In this document: positions 28,867 through 38,311 of the stretch, in pieces | Numbering within the stretch: the stretch's first letter is position 1 | Layout: each line of letters starts with the position of its first letter | Source: Candidatus Atribacteria bacterium | Lineage (GTDB): Bacteria > Atribacterota > Phoenicimicrobiia > Phoenicimicrobiales > Stramentimicrobiaceae | Direction: 5' to 3' | Length of the DNA stretch: 63,988 bases | NCBI GenBank assembly: GCA_029556475.1 | Contig: JAKQEP010000029.1 | Span: forward strand, 1-63,988 | Translations under genes and position numbers: made by a program | The notes under the pieces: model-generated | What the model was told of the DNA's origin: nothing | What the model saw: the letters and a program-made list of their open reading frames with translations, nothing else | The model's database searches: none

Positions 28867-30120
28867 ATGAAAGGAAATTTTAAAAATATGTTTAAATCTG
28901 ATTCTGTTTGGGAGTTTAAAATTGCCGGTAGAATTAAGTTTGGTTTAGGTGCAGTTGAAGAGCTTAAAAGTGATTTAAAAGGATTTCCAGGAAATAAAGT
29001 AATACTAATAACAGATGAAGGAATTAAAAAAGCAGGTATCTTGGACTACATAACAGATATTATAAAGGATTTTGACATCTCAATTTTTGACCAAGTATCT
29101 TCTGACCCTGAAATAAAAAATGTTGAAGATGCACTAGCATATACAAAAAAAAATAATGGTAATATAATTATAGGTTTAGGTGGGGGAAGTCCAATTGATG
29201 TGGCAAAAGTAGTTTCCATTGTAGCAAAATATGGTGGTGATATTAAGGACTATATAGCTCCACCTAATGGCAAAGGTAAGCCTATAGAAGGACCTGGTTT
29301 ACCAATGATTGCTATTCCCACAACCTCAGGGACTGGTGCAGAAGTATCACCTGCAGCAGTGTTAACTCTTACTGAAAAGGAATTAAAAGTTGGTATTTCA
29401 AGCCAAATGCAAAGACCAGCCTTAGCAATTGTTGACCCACTTTTAACCATTTCAGTTCCACCACATATTACAGCTTCGACGGGAATCGATGCTCTATGTC
29501 ACGCTATTGAAGCTTATGCTACTAAGAGATTTGATCAGAAAGAAAAACCAAAAACTCCTGAAACTCGCCCTATTTATGGAGGTACTACTATCTTTACAGA
29601 CCTCTTTGCTGAAAAAGCGATAGAACTAGTTGCAGGAAATTTAAGGAAAGCATTTAATAACGGACAAAATGTAGAGGCTAGGACAAACCTTTCTCTTGCC
29701 AGTCTTATGGCTGGTATAAGCTTTACCAATGCTGGTTTGGGTGTAGTGCATGCCATGTCATTCCCTTTGGGTGGTAAATTCCATATTCCTCATGGCATAG
29801 CCATTGCAGCAACGTTGCCTGCAGTGATGGAATTCAATGCTGCTAGTAATTTTGAGATATTTAGCAATATTGCTATTCTAATGGGTGAAAATATCGATGG
29901 ATTATCTGATAGGGAAGCAGCATTAAGATCTGCTAAAGCAGTTAAGGAACTATGTAGAGATGTTGGTATACCTAATATTTCATCGTTTGGAATTAAAAGG
30001 GAGGATCTACCCTTAATGGCATCGGAAACAATGAAAATCCAAAGATTGTTAGCTGGTAATCCTCGTATAGTATCTGTGGAAGATGCTTTAAAAATATTTC
30101 AGAATGCTTTAGAAGGATAA
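28867..30120 (+). CDS. Iron-containing (group III) alcohol dehydrogenase
   Basis: Motifs GGGSPIDVAK and metal-binding His motifs HAIEAY and HAMSFPLGGKFHIPHG. An alternative start is ATG 28888. Confidence 0.9.
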   Translation: MKGNFKNMFKSDSVWEFKIAGRIKFGLGAVEELKSDLKGFPGNKVILITDEGIKKAGILDYITDIIKDFDISIFDQVSSDPEIKNVEDALAYTKKNNGNIIIGLGGGSPIDVAKVVSIVAKYGGDIKDYIAPPNGKGKPIEGPGLPMIAIPTTSGTGAEVSPAAVLTLTEKELKVGISSQMQRPALAIVDPLLTISVPPHITASTGIDALCHAIEAYATKRFDQKEKPKTPETRPIYGGTTIFTDLFAEKAIELVAGNLRKAFNNGQNVEARTNLSLASLMAGISFTNAGLGVVHAMSFPLGGKFHIPHGIAIAATLPAVMEFNAASNFEIFSNIAILMGENIDGLSDREAALRSAKAVKELCRDVGIPNISSFGIKREDLPLMASETMKIQRLLAGNPRIVSVEDALKIFQNALEG

Positions 30121-30213
30121 ATTAAAAAGAACAAATAACTTCTAAAAAATAATTGTAAAAATAAAAATATAAGTTTAAATATAAAATTAAAATAATATTT
30201 AAGGGGATTAATT

Positions 30214-30876
30214 ATGAATAAGAAAAAAATTGCTATTATTGAAACTACTTTGGTTCCATTGCAAGATTTAAGGGAATTATTTTTTGAAATAATTCCTGAA
30301 GCAGAAATTATTAGTTTTGTTGATGACAGCATGTTAAAAGAGGTAATTTCTGCTGGCAAACCAACTCCGAACGTAATTAGGCGCTATTGCTCATACGCGG
30401 TAAATGCTGAAAGTATTGGTAGTAACTTAATATTTAATCAATGCTCATCTGTTGGAGAGGTGGCAGATATAGCTCAACAAATGGTTAATATACCAATTTT
30501 TAAAACTGATTTACCAATGGCTCAAGAAGCAGTTGAAAAAGGTACAAAGATTGGAGTAGTAGCTACACTAAACACCACACTAAATCCTACCAGTAGATTA
30601 ATTCAAAAAGTTGCCGATGAAAAGGGTAAAAAAATTACTATAATACCAAAATTAGCTGAAGGAGCGTTTGAATTGGTCAGCAGGGGTGACAAAGAAGGGC
30701 ATAACAAACTTGTCATTAAAACGATTCAAGAATTAGCTAGCTCTGTAGACATAATAGCTTTAGCCCAGGGAAGTATGGCTGTGCTAATTCCAGACCTAAA
30801 GGGTGTTGATATTCCTGTATTGTCTAGTCCACGATCAGGTGTATTAGGTGCAAAAGCACTCTTAGAAACATTATAA
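30214..30876 (+). CDS. Asp/Glu/hydantoin-racemase-fold protein (function unknown)
   Basis: 220 aa. The blocks IAIIETT..., NQCSSVGE, IGVVATLNTTLNPT, LAQGSMA and VLSSP match the short Asp/Glu racemase family proteins as I recall them. Confidence 0.6.
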   Translation: MNKKKIAIIETTLVPLQDLRELFFEIIPEAEIISFVDDSMLKEVISAGKPTPNVIRRYCSYAVNAESIGSNLIFNQCSSVGEVADIAQQMVNIPIFKTDLPMAQEAVEKGTKIGVVATLNTTLNPTSRLIQKVADEKGKKITIIPKLAEGAFELVSRGDKEGHNKLVIKTIQELASSVDIIALAQGSMAVLIPDLKGVDIPVLSSPRSGVLGAKALLETL

Positions 30877-30899
30877 AATAAAAAGGAGGATCAAAGATT

Positions 30900-31916
30900 A
30901 TGAGTATTAAAGTGGCAGTTGTAGGATATGGAACAATAGGGCAACGTTTAGCTGATGGTGTTGCCTTACAAAAAGATATGGAATTAGTGGGAGTTGTTGA
31001 TGTTGCTCCTACACTAGCTGTAAGAGCTTTGGTAGAAAAGGGAATGCCTTATAACTTCTACTGCGCAGTGCCTGAAAATATTCCTCAATTGGAAGAAATC
31101 GGAGTACCTGTATCAGGCACAATGGATGACATTTTAAAAAAAGTAGATATCGTTTTGGATGCGACTAGTGCTGGGGTTGGTAAAAAGAATAAAGAAATTT
31201 ACCAAAAGTACAATTTACCTGCTGTTTTCCAGGGAGGAGAAAAAAATGAAATTGCTGATGTGTTCTTCCATGGATATGCAAATTACGAAAAAGGATTAGG
31301 GCAGAAATATTTAAAATTAACATCCTGTAATACTACTGGATTAATAAGAGCGGTTGATTGTTTAGATAGAGAAGTAGGTGTAGAAAAAGTGGCCATTACC
31401 ATAATTAGACGAGTTGCTGATCCTGGTGATTACTTTAGAGGATTGACAAATGCCTTGCAGGTAGATAAGGCACCTAGTCATCAAGCAGTTGATTTGATGA
31501 CCATTATGCCTCATATTGATGCTACTGGTATTCTGGTTCATACCCCTGTTACTCATGGCCATATTATTACCATAGTTGCTACTCCTAAGAAAAAAATAAC
31601 CCCTGAAAAAACAATAAATCTTTTTTCTGAACATCCTAGAATTAGAGTTGTTAGTATAGATGAAGGTTTTTTAGGAAATGCTTCATTATTTAAATATGCA
31701 CGTGATTTAGGTAACCCACGTGGTGATATGTACGAAATTGCAGTCTGGAAAGATACAATGGTCACTTCAGGAGATGATATTATGTTTGCAATTAATATAC
31801 CACAAGAAGCGGTTGTTATACCTGAAACCATTGATGCAATTAGAGCTAGCTTAAAAATGCAAATAGATAGGTTAGAGGCAGTTGGTGTTACCAATAAATA
31901 TTTAAATATGAAATAA
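30900..31916 (+). CDS. gap: Glyceraldehyde-3-phosphate dehydrogenase, type II (archaeal type)
   Basis: It aligns along its full length, by eye, with archaeal GAPDH as remembered. Shared blocks are VGYGTIGQR, FQGGEK, catalytic SCNTTGL, RRVADP, PSH, EIAVW and QEAVVIPETIDAIRA. Confidence 0.85.
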   Translation: MSIKVAVVGYGTIGQRLADGVALQKDMELVGVVDVAPTLAVRALVEKGMPYNFYCAVPENIPQLEEIGVPVSGTMDDILKKVDIVLDATSAGVGKKNKEIYQKYNLPAVFQGGEKNEIADVFFHGYANYEKGLGQKYLKLTSCNTTGLIRAVDCLDREVGVEKVAITIIRRVADPGDYFRGLTNALQVDKAPSHQAVDLMTIMPHIDATGILVHTPVTHGHIITIVATPKKKITPEKTINLFSEHPRIRVVSIDEGFLGNASLFKYARDLGNPRGDMYEIAVWKDTMVTSGDDIMFAINIPQEAVVIPETIDAIRASLKMQIDRLEAVGVTNKYLNMK

Positions 31917-31931
31917 AAGAGGTGCATTTAA

Positions 31932-33191
31932 ATGATTGATGGAATATATACTCTTGATGATATCGATGTCGCGGGCAAGACTATCCTTGCCCGCTTTGAT
32001 ATGAACTCCCCCTTGGACTCAAAAACAAAAGAACCAGTAGATATTACTAGAATCGAAGAAAGCATACCCACTATAAAAGAGTTAATAGAAAAAGGAGCAA
32101 AAACAATTGTTTTAATTCATCAGGGAAGTGATATAGAGTATCAAAACTTTGCATCTGTGAGACCTCATTCAAAAATTTTATCAAAATTGTTGAATAAAAC
32201 AGTTGATTATATTGATGATATATGCGGACCAGCTGCCAGAGAAAAAATATGCAATATGAGAAATGGGGAAATTCTGATACTGGAGAATGTAAGATTTATG
32301 GCAGAAGAAATGACTCTATTTGAAACTAAGTTAAATCTTACTCCTGAGGAACAGTCTAAGACTATAGTTGTACAAAAATTATCTCCTTTAGCTCATTTCT
32401 ATTTAAATGACGCATTTTCTGCTGCTCATCGTTCCCAGCCAACCCTCGTTGGCATGGAAGAATTATTACCATCAATAATGGGTAGATTAATGGAAAAAGA
32501 AATTTCTTCATTAGATAGATTGTTAAGAAATCCTGAAAAACCATGCATTTTCATTTTAGGTGGGGCAAAAATACAAGATGCCTTTTTAATGCTTAATACT
32601 ATTTTAGATAATAATGTTGCTGATTTCGTACTCGCAGCAGGGCTCTTTTCTCATGTCATTTTATTAGCCAAGGGTATTCGGTTAGGGAAACCCTCAGAAG
32701 ATTTAATTAAGAAGAAAAATTTAGAAGAATTTATTGAAAAGTCAAAAAGTGTAATAAATAAGTACAGTGATAAGATTAAATTGCCTGTAGATTTTGGTTA
32801 CATTGATTCGGGTAATAGAAAAGAATTGATTATTGAAGAATTACCTTTAAGTAATAATACTTTGATGGACATAGGGAATAAAACTATAAATGAATACGAG
32901 AAAATAATAAGTAAGGCAAAAACCATATTTTTCAACGGTCCTGCTGGAGTCTTTGAAGAAGAAGCGAGTGAATTAGGTACAAAATCTTTGCTAACTGCAA
33001 TTGCCAGTAGTAATGCTTTTTCAGCGGTAGGGGGTGGTGACACCATCACAGCTTTAAATAAATATAGATTATTAAATCGAATGTCTTATGTCAGTACTGG
33101 TGGTGGTGCTTTGATTAGATTTTTAAGTGGAGAAGAATTACCGGTAATTAAAGCTTTGAAAAAGTCTGCAAAAAAGTTTCCTTTGTTATAA
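31932..33191 (+). CDS. pgk: Phosphoglycerate kinase, archaeal-type
   Basis: Blocks RFDMNSPLD, ILENVRF, NDAFSAAHRSQPTLVG, MEKEI, LGGAK, GGGD, STGGGA and GEELPVIKAL resemble archaeal PGKs rather than the bacterial RVDFNVP type. Confidence 0.85.
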   Translation: MIDGIYTLDDIDVAGKTILARFDMNSPLDSKTKEPVDITRIEESIPTIKELIEKGAKTIVLIHQGSDIEYQNFASVRPHSKILSKLLNKTVDYIDDICGPAAREKICNMRNGEILILENVRFMAEEMTLFETKLNLTPEEQSKTIVVQKLSPLAHFYLNDAFSAAHRSQPTLVGMEELLPSIMGRLMEKEISSLDRLLRNPEKPCIFILGGAKIQDAFLMLNTILDNNVADFVLAAGLFSHVILLAKGIRLGKPSEDLIKKKNLEEFIEKSKSVINKYSDKIKLPVDFGYIDSGNRKELIIEELPLSNNTLMDIGNKTINEYEKIISKAKTIFFNGPAGVFEEEASELGTKSLLTAIASSNAFSAVGGGDTITALNKYRLLNRMSYVSTGGGALIRFLSGEELPVIKALKKSAKKFPLL

Positions 33192-33347
33192 ATGACTTGT
33201 TTTTATTTCATTAGAATGTAAAAATCACAATAAACGAGTATAAACAAGTTAAGATTTTGGTTGTATATATAATTGAAGTTGATGGATATTAGATGGTAAC
33301 TTGAATAATCAGCAATTGTTACAAAGAAATGTTGAGGAGAGGTAATT

Positions 33348-34625
33348 TTGAAAACTATTAATATTGAACTAAAATACGGTGATACAAGAATCAATTTTTA
33401 TTTGGAAAATAAGAATATTATAAACATATTGACTGCTAACCAGGAAATACCCTTAAAAGAACCTTCAATTAAGCTAGAGAATTTGTTGGAAAACCCAATC
33501 AATAGCCCTTCTCTTACACAATTGATAAAAGATAAAAAAGCCAAAAAGATTCTAATTATAGTTAATGATATTACCAGGCCCACACCATATAACATCCTTC
33601 TGCCCCCACTACTGAAGAAGCTAGAGGAGATTGGCATCAAAAGAGACAATATTACTTTTCTTATTGCCACAGGAGCGCATCGGGGAAATACAGAAGAGGA
33701 AGATATTAAGACATTTGGCAAAGAGCTGGTATCTTCCTACCAATTTGTCAATCATAGCTGTGATGATGACAGATTGATAGACTTAGGCCAATTAAAAAGT
33801 GGTAATCATCTTTTTGTAAACCCCCTGATAGAGGAGGCAGATTTTCTCATTACCACTGGCGTCATTGTCCCTCATTACATAGCAGGTTTCTCAGGTGGCA
33901 GAAAATCAATCCATCCTGGAATCTGTGGGAGAGAGACCATAGAGAAAAATCATTCCCAGATGGTTCACCCCAAAGCTACTACCGGTAATCTTATAGGTAA
34001 TCCGGTGCATGAGGAGATGCTGGAGGCAGCCCAAAGGGTCCATGTCGATTTTAATATCAATACCATTACCGATGAGGATGGTAATATCATAGATATTGTG
34101 GCAGGTGAATTGACAGAATCCTGGCAAAAAGGAGTAGAGATCTCTAAGAATACCTATATCACCCCCATCAAGGAGCAAGCCGATGTAGTCTTTACCAGCG
34201 CAGGAGGATATCCCAAAGATATCAATATCTATCAAGCTCAAAAGGCATTGGATAATGCCTTCCATGCCGTTAAACCTAGTGGTACCATTGTCTTGGTGGC
34301 AGAATGTAAAGAAGGTATCGGTAACACCATCTGCGAACAGTGGATAGAGGAGGCTCATTCCATACGGGATATAGAAGAACGGCTCAAGAGATGTTTTATC
34401 CTAGGAGGTCACAAGGCCTATGCTATTGCCAAGGTAGCCAAAGAAGTAGATATTATTCTCTTATCCTCCCTCAGTAAATATCTGACTAAAAAACTATTCA
34501 TGAAGCCAGCAGAAAATATAAAGCAGGCTGTTAAACTGGTTCATGAAAAACACGGTAAAGATTTTAGAAGCTATATCATACCATCTGGGAATAATGTGCT
34601 TCCCCAAATCCAAAATATAATATAA
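33348..34625 (+). CDS. LarA-family nickel-pincer (NPN)-dependent 2-hydroxyacid racemase/epimerase homolog
   Basis: TTG start. Motifs NDITRPTP, ATGAHRG, PHYIAGFSGGRKS (the NPN-tethering Lys context) and downstream His residues are present. Confidence 0.85.
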   Translation: MKTINIELKYGDTRINFYLENKNIINILTANQEIPLKEPSIKLENLLENPINSPSLTQLIKDKKAKKILIIVNDITRPTPYNILLPPLLKKLEEIGIKRDNITFLIATGAHRGNTEEEDIKTFGKELVSSYQFVNHSCDDDRLIDLGQLKSGNHLFVNPLIEEADFLITTGVIVPHYIAGFSGGRKSIHPGICGRETIEKNHSQMVHPKATTGNLIGNPVHEEMLEAAQRVHVDFNINTITDEDGNIIDIVAGELTESWQKGVEISKNTYITPIKEQADVVFTSAGGYPKDINIYQAQKALDNAFHAVKPSGTIVLVAECKEGIGNTICEQWIEEAHSIRDIEERLKRCFILGGHKAYAIAKVAKEVDIILLSSLSKYLTKKLFMKPAENIKQAVKLVHEKHGKDFRSYIIPSGNNVLPQIQNII

Positions 34626-34899
34626 TATTATTTTTCTACATCTATTTCCCTTAACTACTTGCAATAGTTACAATGTATTTTACAAGTAATTCTTAACATC
34701 ATTGAAACAAAAAAATATAGCCCGCCCTACCTTATTTAAAAATAATAAGAAAAATGATCAGAATTTTTTAAAAAGATTTGTAAAAACATCGTAAGAAAAT
34801 CTGTAAGAGTTTTAAAAAAGCGAATAGTTAATTTGTTATTAGCTATTTCAAATTTCTGAATATATTTATTGATTTTTTTACAATTTGTGTTATTATAAA

Positions 34900-34914
34900 T
34901 GTATAATGTATACA
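34900..34914 (+). promoter_or_regulatory. Candidate GntR/FadR-type operator overlapping a TATAAT box
   Basis: TGTATA-ATG-TATACA is a 6-3-6 inverted repeat. TATAAT lies at 34902-34907, and TTTACA lies 19 nt upstream. Confidence 0.3.
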
Positions 34915-34976
34915 ATCAAACATAATAATCTTTATGACTTTATAATTAATTTCCTATAAAATAAGGTTTTTTTAAT

Positions 34977-35651
34977 ATGGCAAGATTCCCCATGATTAAA
35001 AACCATGAATTATTGAGCCAGAAAGTTTATCGTATTATTAAACGAGATATCATTCAAGGAAAATTATCCTCTGATACCCGATTATATGAAGAGAAGATTG
35101 CAGAACAAATGAACATTAGTCGAACACCTGTTAGAGAAGCACTTAGATCATTATCTGCTGAGGGATTTGTCAAACTTATTCCAAATATTGGCATTGTTGT
35201 AAACCATATTTCCCCTAAAGACTTACTAGATATTCTAAATATTAGACAAGAATTAGAAACTTATGCCATTTGCCTTGCTGCTCAAAAAATTAATGAGAAA
35301 GATATTGATAATTTGAATGTGATTATTCAGCAAATGGAAAGGGCGGTATTTACCAATAATACATTGCTTTTTAATAATCTAAATTTAGAATACCACAGAA
35401 ATATTATCTTCATTTCTAACAATAATAAATTAATAGAAATATGTGATAATTTACATCAACAATCTGAACGCTGGATTAAATCTATAGTAGTTAAAGAACG
35501 TTTAATGCATAGCCTTCAAGAACATGTAGAAATATATAATAGTCTTAAGAAAAAAGATGTTGATGGAGCAAAAAAAGCAATGAGTATACATATAAGCAAT
35601 ATTATTAAAAATATCTTTAAAACGGATTTAAAGGAGAGAACAGAACAATGA
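34977..35651 (+). CDS. GntR-family (FadR/FCD subfamily) transcriptional regulator
   Basis: HTH ISRTPVREALRSLSAEGFV followed by an all-helical FCD-like C-terminal domain. Confidence 0.85.
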   Translation: MARFPMIKNHELLSQKVYRIIKRDIIQGKLSSDTRLYEEKIAEQMNISRTPVREALRSLSAEGFVKLIPNIGIVVNHISPKDLLDILNIRQELETYAICLAAQKINEKDIDNLNVIIQQMERAVFTNNTLLFNNLNLEYHRNIIFISNNNKLIEICDNLHQQSERWIKSIVVKERLMHSLQEHVEIYNSLKKKDVDGAKKAMSIHISNIIKNIFKTDLKERTEQ

Positions 35652-36493
35652 GAAAAATTGAAGCTAGAGAGATTTCTGAAAAAGTAAAGAACCTGTTCCT
35701 GGAAGCCAATTTCAATATAGGCAAAGACGTTTTAGAAGCATTGGAAAAAGCTCTTGAGAAAGAAGAGTCAAAAGTTGGGAAAGATGCTTTGAAAATGATT
35801 ATTGATAATAACCGTTTAGCATCAACAGAAAAACTTGCCATCTGTCAGGATACCGGTCTGGCAGTATTATTCATAGAAGTGGGTCAGGAAGCATGTATTA
35901 TTAACGGAAACTATGTAGAGGCAATAAATAAAGGAGTAGAGGCAGCATACCAAGAAGGATATCTAAGAAAATCAGTAGTTGATGACCCCGTTTTTGATCG
36001 GAAAAATACTAAAACCAATACCCCGGCTTTTATCTATACTGATATTATCCCTGGAGATAGAATTAAAATAACAGTTCTACCCAAGGGTTTTGGAAGCGAG
36101 AATATGAGTGGACTGGCTATGCTGACCGCTGCGCATGGTGCTAAGGGTATAATGGATTTTATTGTGGATACTGTAAGAAAAGCAGGGCCAAACCCCTGTC
36201 CGCCAACTATTGTTGGAGTAGGTATCGGTGGAACTGCGGACAAAGCAATGGTAATAGCCAAAAAAGCTACTGCCCGCCCTATTGGAGAGTATAATGCTAA
36301 TCCTAAATATGCTCAGATGGAAAAGGAGACCCTTGAGAGAATAAATAAATTGGGGATAGGACCAGCCGGCTTGGGGGGTAATACCACATCCCTGGCAGTA
36401 CATATTGATTATCTACCAACACATATTGCAGGTATGCCAGTGGCAGTAAATATATGCTGTCATGCTGCACGTCATGCTTCAGGAGAAATATAA
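35648..36493 (+). CDS. Class I Fe-S hydro-lyase alpha subunit (fumarate hydratase / L(+)-tartrate dehydratase type)
   Basis: CQDTG motif, other conserved Cys residues and a GGTADK block. It overlaps the GntR gene by 4 nt. Confidence 0.85.
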   Translation: MRKIEAREISEKVKNLFLEANFNIGKDVLEALEKALEKEESKVGKDALKMIIDNNRLASTEKLAICQDTGLAVLFIEVGQEACIINGNYVEAINKGVEAAYQEGYLRKSVVDDPVFDRKNTKTNTPAFIYTDIIPGDRIKITVLPKGFGSENMSGLAMLTAAHGAKGIMDFIVDTVRKAGPNPCPPTIVGVGIGGTADKAMVIAKKATARPIGEYNANPKYAQMEKETLERINKLGIGPAGLGGNTTSLAVHIDYLPTHIAGMPVAVNICCHAARHASGEI

Positions 36494-36526
36494 TTTATTG
36501 AATATTACTGGAAGGAGAATTAATTA

Positions 36527-37087
36527 ATGAGTGAAGAAATTAAGATTACTACCCCTCTGGATGAATCTATTGTATTAAAATTAAAAGCAGGTGATTCAGT
36601 TAAAATAACGGGAAATATCTATACCGGTAGGGATGCTGCCCACAAGAGATTATATGAGTTGATTGAGGAAGGGAAAGACCTGCCTTTTTCACTGGAAGGT
36701 CAAATAATTTATTATGTAGGACCTGCGCCCGCCAAACCGGGATATGCCTGTGGTCCTGCAGGTCCTACTACCAGTTACCGTATGGACCCTTATACTACAG
36801 CTTTATTGGAAAAAGGGCTTAAAGGGATGATTGGTAAAGGATTGCGTTCTAAAGAAGTAATTGAAAGTATGAAGAAGAATAAGGCTGTATATTTTGCAGC
36901 CGTAGGCGGAGCTGCAGCTTTAATTGCTAAAACTATTAAAAAATCAGAGGTGATTGCTTATTCTGACCTGGGAGCAGAAGCCATACACCGCTATTATGTG
37001 GAGGATTTCCCGGCTATTGTTTGTATCGATGCTTATGGGAACAATTTATATAAAAGTGAACCGCCTAAATATAGAAAAGAATTATAA
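36527..37087 (+). CDS. Class I Fe-S hydro-lyase beta subunit
   Basis: Blocks GNIYTGRDAAHKRL and GPTTSYRMD are typical of FumB/TtdB. Confidence 0.85.
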   Translation: MSEEIKITTPLDESIVLKLKAGDSVKITGNIYTGRDAAHKRLYELIEEGKDLPFSLEGQIIYYVGPAPAKPGYACGPAGPTTSYRMDPYTTALLEKGLKGMIGKGLRSKEVIESMKKNKAVYFAAVGGAAALIAKTIKKSEVIAYSDLGAEAIHRYYVEDFPAIVCIDAYGNNLYKSEPPKYRKEL

Positions 37088-37123
37088 ATAAAATATATTA
37101 TAAAAATTAAAAAGGAGATTAAA

Positions 37124-38299
37124 ATGGACATAAACCAAGAAGCTTTAAAACTGCACAGCGAAAATAGAGGAAAGATTGAGGTAGTTAGCAAGACCAAAAT
37201 TAAAGATATGCATGATCTTGCTGTAGTCTATACCCCCGGAGTAGCTGAACCTTGCCGCAAAATCCATCAGAATGTTTCAGATGTCTATACCTACACTGTC
37301 AAGGGTAATATGGTAGCAGTAATATCAGATGGAACAGCAGTGCTGGGACTGGGAGATATTGGTCCTGAGGCTGCCATTCCGGTTATGGAAGGAAAGGCAG
37401 TGCTCTTTAAATATTTTGGTGGTGTCGATGCCTTCCCAATATGCCTGGCTACTAAAGATACGGATGAGATCGTAGAGACGGTGACCCGGATTGCTCCGGT
37501 ATTTGGAGGAATTAACTTGGAGGATATTAGTGCTCCCCGTTGTTTTGAAATAGAGAAGAGATTAAAAGAAACGCTCGACATCCCGGTCTTCCATGATGAT
37601 CAGCATGGAACTGCTGTAGTAGTCCTCTCCGGAGTTATTAATGCTTTAAAATTGGCCAACAAGAAGATGGAAGAGGTTAAAATGGTGGTTAACGGTGCCG
37701 GAGCTGCTTCCATTGCAGTAGCTAAATTCTTACTATCTGCCGGTGCTCAAAATATCATCCTCTGTGATTCAAGGGGTATAGTATATGAGGGACGTACTGA
37801 AAATATGAATTCAGCCAAAGAAGAAATGGCAAAGCTAACCAATAAAGATAAGGTAAAGGGCAACCTTGCCGATGCCCTGGTAGGTGCTGATCTATTTTTG
37901 GGATTGTCCGGTCCCAATCTGGTTACCTCAGAGATGGTCAAAAGAATGGCTCATGATCCCATTGTAATTGCCATGGCTAATCCCATACCTGAGATTTACC
38001 CTGATGAAGCCAGAGCCGGTGGTGCCCGTATCATCGCTACTGGCCGTTCCGACTTCCCCAACCAGGTCAACAATTGTTTGGGATTCCCTGCTATCTTCAA
38101 AGGTGCCTTAAAAGTGAGAGCGAGTGAAATTAACGAAGAGATGAAGCTGGCAGCAGCCCATGCCATTGCTTCGGTAATTCCGGATAATGAACTCAGTGAG
38201 ACTAACTTCATTCCCAATGTTTTCCATCCGGAGGTAATGGAGAAAGAAGCTGAAGCAGTGGCTCAAGCAGCAAGGGATACCGGGGTAGCAAGGATATAG
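37124..38299 (+). CDS. NAD(P)-dependent malic enzyme (short form)
   Basis: Motifs VYTPGVA, GLGDIGP, FHDDQHGTA, NGAGAA and ANPIPE. Confidence 0.9.
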   Translation: MDINQEALKLHSENRGKIEVVSKTKIKDMHDLAVVYTPGVAEPCRKIHQNVSDVYTYTVKGNMVAVISDGTAVLGLGDIGPEAAIPVMEGKAVLFKYFGGVDAFPICLATKDTDEIVETVTRIAPVFGGINLEDISAPRCFEIEKRLKETLDIPVFHDDQHGTAVVVLSGVINALKLANKKMEEVKMVVNGAGAASIAVAKFLLSAGAQNIILCDSRGIVYEGRTENMNSAKEEMAKLTNKDKVKGNLADALVGADLFLGLSGPNLVTSEMVKRMAHDPIVIAMANPIPEIYPDEARAGGARIIATGRSDFPNQVNNCLGFPAIFKGALKVRASEINEEMKLAAAHAIASVIPDNELSETNFIPNVFHPEVMEKEAEAVAQAARDTGVARI

Positions 38300-38311
38300 A
38301 ATTGCAGTTTG

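Noticed and set aside
33906-34358. 150-aa minus-strand ORF inside the LarA homolog. Similar antisense ORFs occur at 31553-31927, 36077-36403, 15058-15369 and 15427-15762.
   Set aside because: All are embedded antisense in genes with strong family motifs. None has an SD or recognisable domains.
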